From contig JBBDIK010000013.1 of NCBI GenBank assembly GCA_040880465.1, positions 9,339-73,338 on the forward strand: a DNA stretch of 64,000 bases. Direction: 5' to 3'. Under the pieces are notes generated by a model that saw only the letters and a program-made list of their open reading frames with translations, was not told the DNA's origin and searched no databases. The stretch comes from Actinomycetota bacterium (GTDB lineage: Bacteria; Actinomycetota; UBA4738; JBBDHU01). The position numbers were made by a program, and so were the translations under genes. Positions 20,352-30,005 of the stretch are shown in pieces. The first letter of the stretch is position 1, and each line of letters begins with the position of its first letter.

Positions 20352-21611
20352 ATGGAACTCTCACCGCCCCGGGGGACGGCGGATCTGTTCCCGCCGCGTT
20401 CGGAGCAGATGCTGGCCCTCGAACGCTCGGCCCACGAGCTGGCCCGCGTCCACGGCTACCGGTACGTGCAGACGCCGGCGTTCGAGCACACCGAGCTGTT
20501 CGCGCGGACCTCCGGGGAGTCTTCCGACATCGTAACCAAGGAGATGTACACGTTCGAGGACAAGGGAGGGCGATCGCTTACGTTGCGTCCGGAGGGGACG
20601 GCGCCGGTGATGCGCGCCTACCTGGAGCATCAGCAGGACCTGCCGTTGCCGTTCAAGGCCTATTACGTCGGATCGTTCTGGCGCCACGGCCGGCCCCAAG
20701 CCGGACGGCTGCGGGAATTCCGGCAGCTCGGGATCGAGGTCATCGGCACCGACGCCCCGGGCGCCGATGTCGAGACGATCCTCGTGGCAGACCGCTTCCT
20801 GCGCGGGCACGGCCTGGCAACGACCACGTTGAAGGTGAACTCGATCGGCGATCCCTCCTGCCGTTCCGCCTACCGGGACGTGCTGGTGGCGTATCTGCGC
20901 GACCATGAGGACGCGCTCTGCAAGGACTGCCGGGCTCGGATCGACACGAACCCGCTGCGGACCTTCGACTGCAAGGAGGAAGGGTGTCGCTCGGTCATGG
21001 CCGATGCTCCCGTGATCGCCGACCATCTGTGCGATGCGTGTGCGGAGCACTTCACCGCCGTGCAGGAGGGTCTGGCCATCGAGGAGGTCCCGTTCGAGAT
21101 CGATCGGCGCCTGGTCCGAGGCTTGGACTACTACACGCGGACCGCGTTCGAATTCGTCTCGGAGGCGCTCCCTGCGGCACAGGCGACCCTGTGCGGTGGG
21201 GGGCGCTACGACGGGCTGGCGGAGGAACTCGGCGGCCGGCCGACGCCCGGGATCGGGTTCGGGCTCGGCTTGGAACGCGTGCTGCTCGCCTTGGAGAACG
21301 AACAGCTCGGGATCGCGACGACCGGGTCCCCGGCGTGCTTCGTCGTCGGCATCGGGGACGAAGCGCCGGTGTTGGTCCGGAACCTCGTGCGCACCCTGCG
21401 CCGGATGGGGGTCGCGTCCGAAGCCGCCTTCGAGGAGCGACCGCTCAAGGCACAGCTCAAGATGGCCGACCGGGCGGGCGCCCGTTTCGCGGCGATCATC
21501 GGCGACCGGGAAGCCGAGGAACGCGTGGTCACCATCAAAGACCTGCGGGACGGCTCGCAGTCCGAGGTTCCGCTGGGGGAGGTGGGGCCGTGGATCTCGT
21601 CACGAGCATGA
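20352..21611 (+). CDS. hisS: histidine--tRNA ligase
   Basis: PRGTADLFP..., LRPEGTAPVMR, FRHGRPQAGRLREFRQLGIEV, GGGRYDGL. Confidence 0.95.
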   Translation: MELSPPRGTADLFPPRSEQMLALERSAHELARVHGYRYVQTPAFEHTELFARTSGESSDIVTKEMYTFEDKGGRSLTLRPEGTAPVMRAYLEHQQDLPLPFKAYYVGSFWRHGRPQAGRLREFRQLGIEVIGTDAPGADVETILVADRFLRGHGLATTTLKVNSIGDPSCRSAYRDVLVAYLRDHEDALCKDCRARIDTNPLRTFDCKEEGCRSVMADAPVIADHLCDACAEHFTAVQEGLAIEEVPFEIDRRLVRGLDYYTRTAFEFVSEALPAAQATLCGGGRYDGLAEELGGRPTPGIGFGLGLERVLLALENEQLGIATTGSPACFVVGIGDEAPVLVRNLVRTLRRMGVASEAAFEERPLKAQLKMADRAGARFAAIIGDREAEERVVTIKDLRDGSQSEVPLGEVGPWISSRA

Positions 21612-23380
21612 GGACCCATGCCTGCGGCCAGCTCCGGGCGAGCGATACGGGTTCCGAGGTGGTGTTGTGCGGTTGGGTGGCGCGTGACCGGGACCACGGG
21701 GGCGTGATCTTCGTGGACCTGCGGGACCGAACCGGTGTGACGCAGCTGGTGTTCCACCCGCAGGAACAGCCGGAGGCCCACGCTGCCGCAGCGAAGCTCA
21801 AGGGGGAGTCGGTCGTCCGGGTGACCGGAACGGTCCGTGAGCGGCCCGACGGCACCAGGAACGATGGCTTGCCGACCGGGGACGTCGAGGTCGCCGTGGA
21901 CACCGTCGAGTTGCTGGCGGCGGCAGAGACGCCGCCGTTCCCGATCGAGGATCGTGTGGAGGCGAGCGAGGAACTCCGCCTGAAGTACCGCTACCTTGAT
22001 CTGCGCCGGCCGGAGATGACGCGGGTCCTCGACCTGCGCGCGCGGATCAACCGCGTCTTGCGCGAGCACATGGACGCATGCGGGTTCGTCGAGATCGAGA
22101 CCCCGGCGCTGACGCGGCACACGCCGGGAGGCGCACGACCCCTCCTCGTGCCCTCGCGCTCCTACCCGGGGACCTTCTACGCGCTGGCGGAGTCCCCGCA
22201 GCAACTCAAGCAACTCCTGATGGTCGCCGGCCAGGATCGCTACTACCAGATCGTTCGCTGCTTCCGGGATGAGAAGCCGCGCGCCGACCGGAGCATCGAG
22301 TTCACGCAACTCGACGCGGAGATGTCGTTCGTCAACGAGGAGGACATCTTCCACGTGATCGAACCGATGATGGCAGCCGTGCTCCGGGAGACACAGGGGA
22401 TCGAGGTTCCGACCCCGTTCCGACGGATGAGCTACGACGAGATGATGGCGTCCTACGGTTCGGACAAAGCAGATCTGCGATACGGGATGGAGATGACCGA
22501 CGTGGGCCATGTCTTCTCCGGGACCGGGTTCAACGCGTTCGCGAAGGTCCTGGAGGCGGGCGGGCTGATCAAGGGGTTCTCCGCGCCCGGCGGTGGGGAC
22601 CTCTCCCGCAAGGAACTCGATGAGCTGATCCAGGTCACGAAGTCGAGGGGAGCGACCGGGCTCGTGTGGATGGTCGTCGAGGCGGACGGTGTCCGCTCGC
22701 CGGTGGAGAAGTTCCTCTCGGAGCAAGAGGTGAGCGGTCTCGTCGCGGCCTTCGGCGCCGCGCCGGGTGATCTGATCTTGATCGTGGCCGACGCGCCGAC
22801 TCGGGCCAACGTCGCCCTCGACGGACTGCGGCGGGACATGGCCGTCCGTCTGGAGCTGGTCCCGGAGAACGCGTGGGCGTTCTGCTGGATGACCGAACCC
22901 CCGTTGTTCGAGTGGGGCGAGGAGGACGGGCGCTGGGTCTCGATGCACCACCCGTTCACGGCCCCGGCGAGTGATGACCTGGCGCCGGAGTCGGCGAAGG
23001 CGCGAGCCTATGACCTGGTCCTGAACGGCTTCGAGCTCGGTGGGGGGAGCATCCGCATCCACGACACGGCGCTGCAGCATCGCGTGTTCGAGGCGCTGGG
23101 GCTGACCGACGACGAGATCCGGGAGAAGTTCAGTCACTTGCTGGAGGCCTTCCGCTATGGCGTGCCGCCCCACGGCGGCCTCGCCTTCGGGATCGATCGC
23201 CTCGTGATGTTGATGGCCGGCAAGGACGCGATCCGGGACGTGACGGCCTTCCCGAAGGCCCAGTCCGGGCAGGACCCGCTGACGGGAGCGCCCGACCGGG
23301 CCACGCCCGAGCAACTCGCCGAACTCGGGATCGAGGTCGTGGCCGAGCCCGGCTCGGAGACGGGGTCCGGCGAAGACTGA
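21608..23380 (+). CDS. aspS: aspartate--tRNA ligase
   Basis: ATGA overlap with hisS. MRTHACGQLR..GWVARDRDHGGVIFVDLRDRTG, FRDEKPRADR, GGGSIRIH. The listed 798 aa ORF (from 20984) is an upstream over-extension. Confidence 0.95.
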   Translation: MRTHACGQLRASDTGSEVVLCGWVARDRDHGGVIFVDLRDRTGVTQLVFHPQEQPEAHAAAAKLKGESVVRVTGTVRERPDGTRNDGLPTGDVEVAVDTVELLAAAETPPFPIEDRVEASEELRLKYRYLDLRRPEMTRVLDLRARINRVLREHMDACGFVEIETPALTRHTPGGARPLLVPSRSYPGTFYALAESPQQLKQLLMVAGQDRYYQIVRCFRDEKPRADRSIEFTQLDAEMSFVNEEDIFHVIEPMMAAVLRETQGIEVPTPFRRMSYDEMMASYGSDKADLRYGMEMTDVGHVFSGTGFNAFAKVLEAGGLIKGFSAPGGGDLSRKELDELIQVTKSRGATGLVWMVVEADGVRSPVEKFLSEQEVSGLVAAFGAAPGDLILIVADAPTRANVALDGLRRDMAVRLELVPENAWAFCWMTEPPLFEWGEEDGRWVSMHHPFTAPASDDLAPESAKARAYDLVLNGFELGGGSIRIHDTALQHRVFEALGLTDDEIREKFSHLLEAFRYGVPPHGGLAFGIDRLVMLMAGKDAIRDVTAFPKAQSGQDPLTGAPDRATPEQLAELGIEVVAEPGSETGSGED

Positions 23381-23778
23381 TGGCGGGACTGACCGAGGAC
23401 GACGTCGCGCTCCTGCGCGCGCGGAACCACGTTCACTTCGTCACCCTCCATCCCGACGGGAGTCCCCATGTGACGCCGATGTGGGTGGACGCGGATGAGG
23501 CGGGGCATGTGCTCGTGAACACCTCCGTCGGCCGGGTCAAGGACCGCAACGTTCGCCGCGACCCGCGCGTCGCCTTGTCGGTGATGGATGCGAACGACCC
23601 GTACCGCTGGGTTTCGGTGACCGGCGAGGTGGTCGAGATGATCGAGGGACCGGCCGCGGACGCGCATATCGACGCGCTCTGCCACCGCTACCACGACGAG
23701 CCATGGGAGCCGGTTCCCGGCCAGCGGCGGGTTATCTATCGCGTCCGGCCGGACCGAGTCGCGCGAGGCTTGGGCTGA
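23380..23778 (+). CDS. pyridoxamine 5'-phosphate oxidase (PPOX)-family, probably F420/FMN-binding protein
   Basis: 132 aa. HVHFVTLHPDGSPHVTPMWV...RDPRVALSV fits the split-barrel PPOX pattern. Confidence 0.65.
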   Translation: MAGLTEDDVALLRARNHVHFVTLHPDGSPHVTPMWVDADEAGHVLVNTSVGRVKDRNVRRDPRVALSVMDANDPYRWVSVTGEVVEMIEGPAADAHIDALCHRYHDEPWEPVPGQRRVIYRVRPDRVARGLG

Positions 23779-23833
23779 TGCCCACGCTGATGCCCATGCT
23801 GATGCCCACGCGGAGGCCCGCGCGACGGCCCGG
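23774..23833. repeat. 12-nt tandem repeat: GCTGATGCCCAY x3 followed by two decayed copies
   Basis: Read directly: gctgatgcccac gctgatgcccat gctgatgcccac gcggaggcccgc gcgacggcccgg. It starts on the stop codon of the PPOX-like gene. Confidence 0.85.
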
Positions 23834-23849
23834 GTAGGCTCTGACGACC

Positions 23850-25154
23850 ATGGCCGACCAGCCCCTCGCATCGAGGATGCGCCCAGCGTCGTTCGAGGAG
23901 TTCTACGGGCAGCAGCATCTTCTGGGGGAGGGCAAGGCGCTCACACGCCTGATCGAGCAGGGGCATCTACCGTCCATGGTCCTGTGGGGCCCGGCGGGGA
24001 CCGGCAAGACGACCCTGGCGCACCTCCTGGCGGAGGCGGTCGGCGGTCAGCTCACGCAACTTTCCGCGGTGTCGTCGGGGGTCGCCGACGCACGCAAGGT
24101 CATGGCGAGGGCGGGCGGTGCCAACGCCAGCATGTTCCGGACGGTCCTGTTCGTCGACGAGGTCCATCGCTGGAGCAAGGCGCAGCAGGACGTCCTGCTG
24201 CCGGTGGTCGAGGACGGGACGATCACGCTGATCGGCGCCACGACCGAGAACCCGTACTTCTCGCTGAACACCCCGTTGATCTCGCGTTGCATCCTCCTGC
24301 GGCTCGAGCCGCTGAGTCCTGAAGACCTGAGGGAGATCGTGCGGCGCGCGCTGTCGGACACCGACCGCGGGGTCGGCAAGCTGCATCTGTTCATCGACGA
24401 TGAGGCGCTGGACCATCTGGTCGAGGTCGCCGGGGGCGATGCGCGGATCGCGTTGACGGGTCTTGGCGCCGCGGCACTGGCGACGAGTGCCGGCGGCGAG
24501 AAGATGATCACCCGCGACCGGGTGGCCGACGCGATCCAGAAGAAGGCGATCGTCTACGACCGTCAGGGTGACGCGCACTTCGACGTCGTGTCGGCGTTCA
24601 TCAAGTCGATCCGCGGGTCCGATCCGGACGCGGCGCTGTTCTGGCTCGCGCGGATGATCGAGGGCGGTGAGGATCCGCGCTACATCGCGCGCCGGATGAT
24701 CGTGCACGCGTCGGAGGATATCGGGCTCGCCGATCCGCGCGCGCTGATGATCGCGACGGCAGCGGCCCATGCGGTCGAGTACGTCGGGCTGCCGGAGGCC
24801 CGGCTGAATCTGGCGGAAGCGGTGATCTACCTCGCGCGCGCGCCGAAGTCCAACAGCGTGATCCAGGCCATGAACCGGGCGACCGGTGACGCGGCGTCGA
24901 GCGACAACGTTCCGCTGCACCTGCGCGATGCCCACTACCCGGGCGCCAAGAAGCTCGGTCACGGTCAGGGCTACAAGTACCCTCACGACTTCCCCGGTCA
25001 CCAGGTCGAGCAGGAGTACCGGCCCGAACGGTTCCAGGGCAAGCGCTACTACGAGCCGTCCGGCCAAGGCGAGGAGGGGATGGACGTCGACGTTCGTGCC
25101 CCGGCCGAAGGTGCCGATGAGACGGAGGACACGGCCGGTTCCGATCCGAGCTAG
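23850..25154 (+). CDS. rarA: replication-associated recombination protein A (RarA/MgsA AAA+ ATPase)
   Basis: LASRMRPASFEEFYGQQHLLGEGK..., [50 protein letters not shown]. Confidence 0.9.
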   Translation: MADQPLASRMRPASFEEFYGQQHLLGEGKALTRLIEQGHLPSMVLWGPAGTGKTTLAHLLAEAVGGQLTQLSAVSSGVADARKVMARAGGANASMFRTVLFVDEVHRWSKAQQDVLLPVVEDGTITLIGATTENPYFSLNTPLISRCILLRLEPLSPEDLREIVRRALSDTDRGVGKLHLFIDDEALDHLVEVAGGDARIALTGLGAAALATSAGGEKMITRDRVADAIQKKAIVYDRQGDAHFDVVSAFIKSIRGSDPDAALFWLARMIEGGEDPRYIARRMIVHASEDIGLADPRALMIATAAAHAVEYVGLPEARLNLAEAVIYLARAPKSNSVIQAMNRATGDAASSDNVPLHLRDAHYPGAKKLGHGQGYKYPHDFPGHQVEQEYRPERFQGKRYYEPSGQGEEGMDVDVRAPAEGADETEDTAGSDPS

Positions 25155-25219
25155 CTTCCAGGTTGGCCGGTCCGAGGGCGGTATGATGCCCGGACCGCTG
25201 ACCAGGGGAGTGAAGTGTC

Positions 25220-25585
25220 ATGCTTGCATCGGTGCCCGGAGACATCTTCGCGATCGTCGCTGCCGTCGCCATCGGCCTGATCGGCCTCGCCGGGTCGTAC
25301 GCCCTGTTCAAGGCAGCGATGGTCCTCGATAGCTCGCGCGTGCTGCTGGACGGCGTCACCAAGGAAAGCGTGCCGCTGCTGTCGGAGGTGACGACCACGG
25401 TCAAGAACGTGAACCGTGAGCTGGACCGGACCGACACCATCCTGGAATCGGCCGGCAATATGGCCAAGTCTGCCGAGCGGCTCACCGCCGTCGTCGAGCA
25501 GACCGTGTCCAGCCCCCTCATCAAGATCATCTCGTTCGGCGCCGGCGCCGGGTCGGCGTTCAAGCGCTTCTTCGGCGGCGACTGA
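25220..25585 (+). CDS. DUF948-family membrane-anchored protein
   Basis: N-terminal TM helix followed by a coiled helical region, typical of DUF948. Confidence 0.6.
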   Translation: MLASVPGDIFAIVAAVAIGLIGLAGSYALFKAAMVLDSSRVLLDGVTKESVPLLSEVTTTVKNVNRELDRTDTILESAGNMAKSAERLTAVVEQTVSSPLIKIISFGAGAGSAFKRFFGGD

Positions 25586-25821
25586 TGTTCCGCAGGCTCT
25601 TCTGGCTCTCGCTGGGCCTCGGTGCCGGTGCGACCTCTGCCGTCCTGGCCTCTCGCTGGCTCAAGCGCCAGACCCACAAGATGGCCCCCGCCTACGTGGC
25701 GAAGACGGCCTCGACCAGCCTCCTCGAACTCGGGAAGAAGGTCGCAGAGTCCGTCCAGGAGGGCCGTGCGGCCGCCGAGCAGCGCGAACGCGAGGTCCGG
25801 GAGAAGGCGAAGCTAGACTAG
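25585..25821 (+). CDS. small membrane protein, unknown function
   Basis: 78 aa. TM helix followed by a charged helix. ATGA-type overlap with the upstream gene. Coding status is inferred from position and coupling only. Confidence 0.45.
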   Translation: MFRRLFWLSLGLGAGATSAVLASRWLKRQTHKMAPAYVAKTASTSLLELGKKVAESVQEGRAAAEQREREVREKAKLD

Positions 25822-25826
25822 CCGCC

Positions 25827-28454
25827 GTGGACGGCCGGCAGGTACGCGAACGTTTCCTCGCGTTCTTCGAAGAGCGTGGTCACAAGCGCGTCCCGTCGTC
25901 GTCCCTGATCCCGCCTCCGGAGACCGGTCTCCTGCTGACGAACGCCGGCATGAACCAGTTCATCCCGTACTTCCTCGGGCAGGCACAGGCGCCCTGGCCG
26001 CGCGCGACGAGCGTTCAGAAGTGCTTCCGCACCGGCGATCTGGACAACGTCGGGCACACGGCCCGGCACCTCACCCTGTTCGAGATGCTCGGCAACTTCT
26101 CCTTCGCGGACTACTTCAAGGCGGAATCGCTGACCTGGGGTCTCGAGCTGATCACCGAGGGCTACGGCATCGACATCGATCGCCTGTGGGCCACCTACTA
26201 CGCGGATGATGCCGAGACCGCGGCCATCTGGGTAGATCTCGGCTTCCCCGCGGAACGGATCGTTGCGCGCGGCAAGGCAGACAACTATTGGTCGACGCAC
26301 GCAGCGGGGCCTGCGGGGCCGACCGGTGAGATCTTCGTCGACCGGGGGGCGGCCTACGGGCCCGATGGCGGTCCGGCCGTCGACGAGGAGCGTTTCATGG
26401 AGATCTGGAACCACGTCTTCATGCAGGACCTGGTCGACGACCGCGAGAACAAGATCGGTGACCTGCCGGGCAAGAACGTCGACACTGGTGCGAGCGTCGA
26501 GCGCCTGGCCATGGTCACCCAAGGCGCTGACTCGTTCTACGACACGGACATCATGGCGCCGCTGATAGACATCGTGCAGTCGCTCTCGGGCAAGACCTAC
26601 GGAGGCGACGAACGTGCCGACGTCTCGATGCGGATCGTGGCGGAACATGGCCGCGCGACGACGTTCTTGATCGCCGACGGCGTCCTACCGTCCAATGAGG
26701 GCCGGGGCTACGTCTTGCGCCGGATGCTACGGCGGATGGTGAGCCACGCGCGCCGTCTGGGCATCGAGCAGGACTTCACCGGACGCCTCGTCGACGCCAG
26801 CGTCGACATGCTTGGCGACGCCTACCCCGAGCTGCACGAGAACCACGCGTTCACGCTGCAGGTCGCGGCGTCCGAGGAGGAACGCTTCGCCGGCACGCTC
26901 CGCCAGGGGATGGCCCTGTTCGAGGGGAGCCTCGTGGATGCGAAGGGGTCGGGAACGCTCGCCGGCGACACCGCGTTCACGTTGCACGACACCCACGGGT
27001 TCCCGCTCGAGCTGACGGTGGAGCTGGCGGCGGACGCGGGGCTCGAGGTCGACCGTGACCGGTTCACCGAGCTGATGCAGGAGCAGCGGGGCCGAGCGCA
27101 GAAGGCGGCGAAGAAGGGCCTCGTGTCGGAGGAGGTACTCGCGGAGATCCTCACGCGAGCGGAGCCGACCCGATTCGTCGGGTACGAGACGCTCGAGGCC
27201 GACGCCAACGTCATCGGGCTGCTCGGCGGCGGTGACGGCGTGGCCCAGGAGGGCAACGAGGTCCGCGTGGTCCTGGACACCAGTCCGTTCTACGCGGAGG
27301 GCGGCGGCCAGGTCGGCGATCAGGGCCTGGTCCGGACCGCGACCGGAGTGATCCGCATCACGGACACGCAACGAGCGCCGGGCGATGTGTTCGTCCACGC
27401 CGGCGTCGTCGAGTCCGGCGAGGTGCGCGAGGGCGAGGACGCGCGCGCGGAAGTCGACCCCGGGTTCCGCGAGTCCACGGCGCGTTCGCACACCGCGACC
27501 CACATCGTGCACTGGACGCTTCGCCACTTCCTCGGCGAACACGCCCGCCAAGCCGGATCTCTCGTCGCGCCGGGGCGCCTGCGGTTCGACTTCATGCACC
27601 CGTCGTCGGTCCCTCAGGACGTGCTGGAAGAAGCCGAGATGCGCGCCAATGAGCGTCTCTCGGACGACGACGCGATCAGGACGTACGAGACGACGATGGA
27701 GTTCGCCAAGAGCCAAGGCGCGACGGCGCTGTTCGGCGAGAAGTACGGGGACCTGGTCCGTGTCGTCGAGATCGGTGACTACTCGCGCGAGCTGTGCGGT
27801 GGAACGCATGTGCCGCACACGGGCAACGTGGCCGTCGTCCGTATCCTCGGCGAGGGGAGCATCGGTTCGGGCATCCGCCGGATCGAGGCTGTCGTCGGTC
27901 CCGATGCGATCCGCCAGGTCAACGTCGAGCGGCACCTGCTGCAGCGCGTGGCCGCCGCCCTCGGTGGGGGCGATCCCGAGAGTGTCCCGGAGCGAATCCT
28001 CAAGGTCGTCGAGGAGAACAAGCGCCTCAAGAACGAACTTGGGCGCATGAGCAAAGGCGAGATCGCCGGCAAGGTGGAGCAGATCATCGGCCGGCACAGC
28101 CTCGTCGCGGGCGTAGCGCTCGTCAACTCGCTTGAGGATGCGGACGCGGACGAACTTCGCGAACTTGCCCAGGCCACCGTGAACAGGCTTGAGCGTCCGG
28201 ACGCCCCGGCCGCGACCGTGCTCGGGAACGGGAATGGAGGCAAGGCACTGCTCGTTGCGGCGTGCAGCCCTTCCCTCGTCGATCGGGGCGTCACCGCACC
28301 TGCCTTGCTTGAAGAGGCGGCGAAGATGGTGGGCGGCGGCGCCGGAGGGAAGCCGGGGCTCGCTTTCGCCGGAGGAAAGAAGGCGGACGCCGTGAAGGAT
28401 GCGGTGCGATCGATCCCGAGCCGTCTCGAGGCTCTGCTCGCCGCCGGTGCCTGA
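25827..28454 (+). CDS. alaS: alanine--tRNA ligase
   Basis: GTG at 25827 gives VDGRQVRERFLAFFEERGHKRVPSSSLIP. Also FTNAGMNQF-like NAGMNQFIPYF, and the HTATH editing motif (SHTATHIVH). The listed ORF from 25416 is over-extended. Confidence 0.95.
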   Translation: MDGRQVRERFLAFFEERGHKRVPSSSLIPPPETGLLLTNAGMNQFIPYFLGQAQAPWPRATSVQKCFRTGDLDNVGHTARHLTLFEMLGNFSFADYFKAESLTWGLELITEGYGIDIDRLWATYYADDAETAAIWVDLGFPAERIVARGKADNYWSTHAAGPAGPTGEIFVDRGAAYGPDGGPAVDEERFMEIWNHVFMQDLVDDRENKIGDLPGKNVDTGASVERLAMVTQGADSFYDTDIMAPLIDIVQSLSGKTYGGDERADVSMRIVAEHGRATTFLIADGVLPSNEGRGYVLRRMLRRMVSHARRLGIEQDFTGRLVDASVDMLGDAYPELHENHAFTLQVAASEEERFAGTLRQGMALFEGSLVDAKGSGTLAGDTAFTLHDTHGFPLELTVELAADAGLEVDRDRFTELMQEQRGRAQKAAKKGLVSEEVLAEILTRAEPTRFVGYETLEADANVIGLLGGGDGVAQEGNEVRVVLDTSPFYAEGGGQVGDQGLVRTATGVIRITDTQRAPGDVFVHAGVVESGEVREGEDARAEVDPGFRESTARSHTATHIVHWTLRHFLGEHARQAGSLVAPGRLRFDFMHPSSVPQDVLEEAEMRANERLSDDDAIRTYETTMEFAKSQGATALFGEKYGDLVRVVEIGDYSRELCGGTHVPHTGNVAVVRILGEGSIGSGIRRIEAVVGPDAIRQVNVERHLLQRVAAALGGGDPESVPERILKVVEENKRLKNELGRMSKGEIAGKVEQIIGRHSLVAGVALVNSLEDADADELRELAQATVNRLERPDAPAATVLGNGNGGKALLVAACSPSLVDRGVTAPALLEEAAKMVGGGAGGKPGLAFAGGKKADAVKDAVRSIPSRLEALLAAGA

Positions 28455-28869
28455 CCTCGGGCGCGTCCTCGGTCTCGATCTGGGCGATGCGCGCATCGGG
28501 GTCGCGATCTCCGACGATCAGCAGCGGGTCGCCGTTCCGTTCGGCACGATCCGGACCGGAGCTCCGGAGGACCTGAAGGCGATCGCGCAGCTCGTTGCCG
28601 ACAACGATGTGTCGGAGGTCGTGGTCGGGCATCCGCTCAAGATGTCCGGCGATGCCGGTCCGCGCGCCGACAAGGCGGCCGGGTTCGCGGACGTGCTCCG
28701 CTCGGTCCTGTCCGTTCCCGTGTCGCTCCAGGACGAGCGACTCTCGACGGTCGAAGCCGAGCGAGCGCTCAAGACGGCAGGCGCCACCGGTCGCGATCGC
28801 AAGCGCGTGGTGGACCAGGCGGCGGCGACCGTGATCCTGCAGTCGGCGCTGGATCTGCGCCTCGGGTAA
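28447..28869 (+). CDS. ruvX: Holliday junction resolvase-like nuclease RuvX (YqgF)
   Basis: VLGLDLGDARIGVAISD...VVVGHPLKMSGD. The GTG at 28447 overlaps the alaS end by 8 nt. Confidence 0.85.
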   Translation: MPDLGRVLGLDLGDARIGVAISDDQQRVAVPFGTIRTGAPEDLKAIAQLVADNDVSEVVVGHPLKMSGDAGPRADKAAGFADVLRSVLSVPVSLQDERLSTVEAERALKTAGATGRDRKRVVDQAAATVILQSALDLRLG

Positions 28870-28949
28870 CCCGCGCCCTGATCCGGACTCGGATCTGTGG
28901 CTGCTGCGCCCGGGCGGGTCCGGGGTCCCGCCGCTATCCTTGACCCTCG

Positions 28950-30005
28950 ATGCCGGAGCGTGCCCCGGGCGCAGCTGCGCCCCGCCGCCGCAGAGCGGGA
29001 AAGATCATCGCGATCGTCGCGATCGCGTGCGTCCTCGTCCTGGCCGGTCTCGCCGTCGCGGGCTACTCCTACTTCCGTTGGTGTCAGGGCGCGTCGGGTC
29101 CCCGGGAAGGCGTTCCGTTCGAGATCCCCAAGGGCGTGTCCGGCGCCGAAGTCATCGCCTCGCTCAACGGCGAAGGCGTCCTTCGGTGCAACGCCGTGCC
29201 CCGTTACATCGCCCAAGCGCGCTCGATCGGATTCCAGGCGGGCGCCTACAAGCTCGAGACGAACATGACCGTGGACGAGGCGCTCGCCCGCCTGGATGAA
29301 GGTCCGATCGTGCGAACCGTGTCGATGACGATCCCTGAGGGGTGGCGCCTTACCCAGACGACGGCAGAGGCCGCGAAGCGGTTGCACCTGAACGAGGCGG
29401 AACTCACCCGGCTCGCGGAGAACGGGGGCTTCACCGTCCCGCCGTACCTGCCTGCGGGCAAAGCCACGACCGAAGGGTTCCTGTTCCCGAAGACCTACGA
29501 GTTCCCGCGAGACGGGCTCACGGAGGAAACCGTCATCGAACGCCTGCTCGATCAGTTCGACCAGGAGGCGGGGAAGCTCCCGTGGAAGAACGCGAAGCGG
29601 CTCGGTGTCACGGCGTACGAAGCCGTGATCGTCGCCTCGCTCGTCGAACGCGAAGCACAGGTGCCGTCGGAGCGCGCGCGGGTCGCGGCGGTCATCTACA
29701 ACCGCATCGCCCGGCACGAGATCCTCGGGATCGACGCGAGCAACCAGTACATCGACCCGAACCCCGATGACGGTCTGACGACCAGCGATCTGGCGATCGA
29801 CAGTCCATACAATCTGCGCCTGAAGGAGAACGCAGGCCGGCTGCCGCCCACCCCGATCGCGAGCCCCGGGCTCGCGTCGCTGCGCGCGGCGCTGCAGCCC
29901 GCCGATACGGACGAGTGGCTCTACGTGCTGTGCGGATCCGACGGGCATCACGAGTTCACGGCGAGCTACGCTGAGTTCCGTCGATTGAAGGAGCAGTGTC
30001 TCTGA
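28950..30005 (+). CDS. mltG: endolytic murein transglycosylase MltG (YceG-like)
   Basis: N-terminal TM helix, LysM-like region, ASLVEREA catalytic-region motif, and ...SPYNLR / ..GLPPTPIASPG. Confidence 0.85.
   Translation: MPERAPGAAAPRRRRAGKIIAIVAIACVLVLAGLAVAGYSYFRWCQGASGPREGVPFEIPKGVSGAEVIASLNGEGVLRCNAVPRYIAQARSIGFQAGAYKLETNMTVDEALARLDEGPIVRTVSMTIPEGWRLTQTTAEAAKRLHLNEAELTRLAENGGFTVPPYLPAGKATTEGFLFPKTYEFPRDGLTEETVIERLLDQFDQEAGKLPWKNAKRLGVTAYEAVIVASLVEREAQVPSERARVAAVIYNRIARHEILGIDASNQYIDPNPDDGLTTSDLAIDSPYNLRLKENAGRLPPTPIASPGLASLRAALQPADTDEWLYVLCGSDGHHEFTASYAEFRRLKEQCL

Noticed and set aside
20984-21607. N-terminal over-extensions in the ORF track. Examples are aspS from 20984, alaS from 25416, carB from 56221, pyrF from 60235, ruvB from 10823, aroB from 48259, pepP from 49310 and pimA from 4155.
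   Set aside because: The extended parts overlap the preceding well-supported gene in another frame and translate to Arg/Gly/Pro-rich nonsense. In each case a GTG or ATG that overlaps the upstream stop codon gives the canonical conserved N-terminus.
23774-23833. The 12-nt tandem repeat as a CRISPR array, or as a coding repeat. The antisense ORF 23155-23871 reads ...SAWASAWASAWAS...
   Set aside because: The units are contiguous with no spacers and are far too short for CRISPR. The antisense ORF is opposite aspS and the PPOX-like gene and has no other coding signal.
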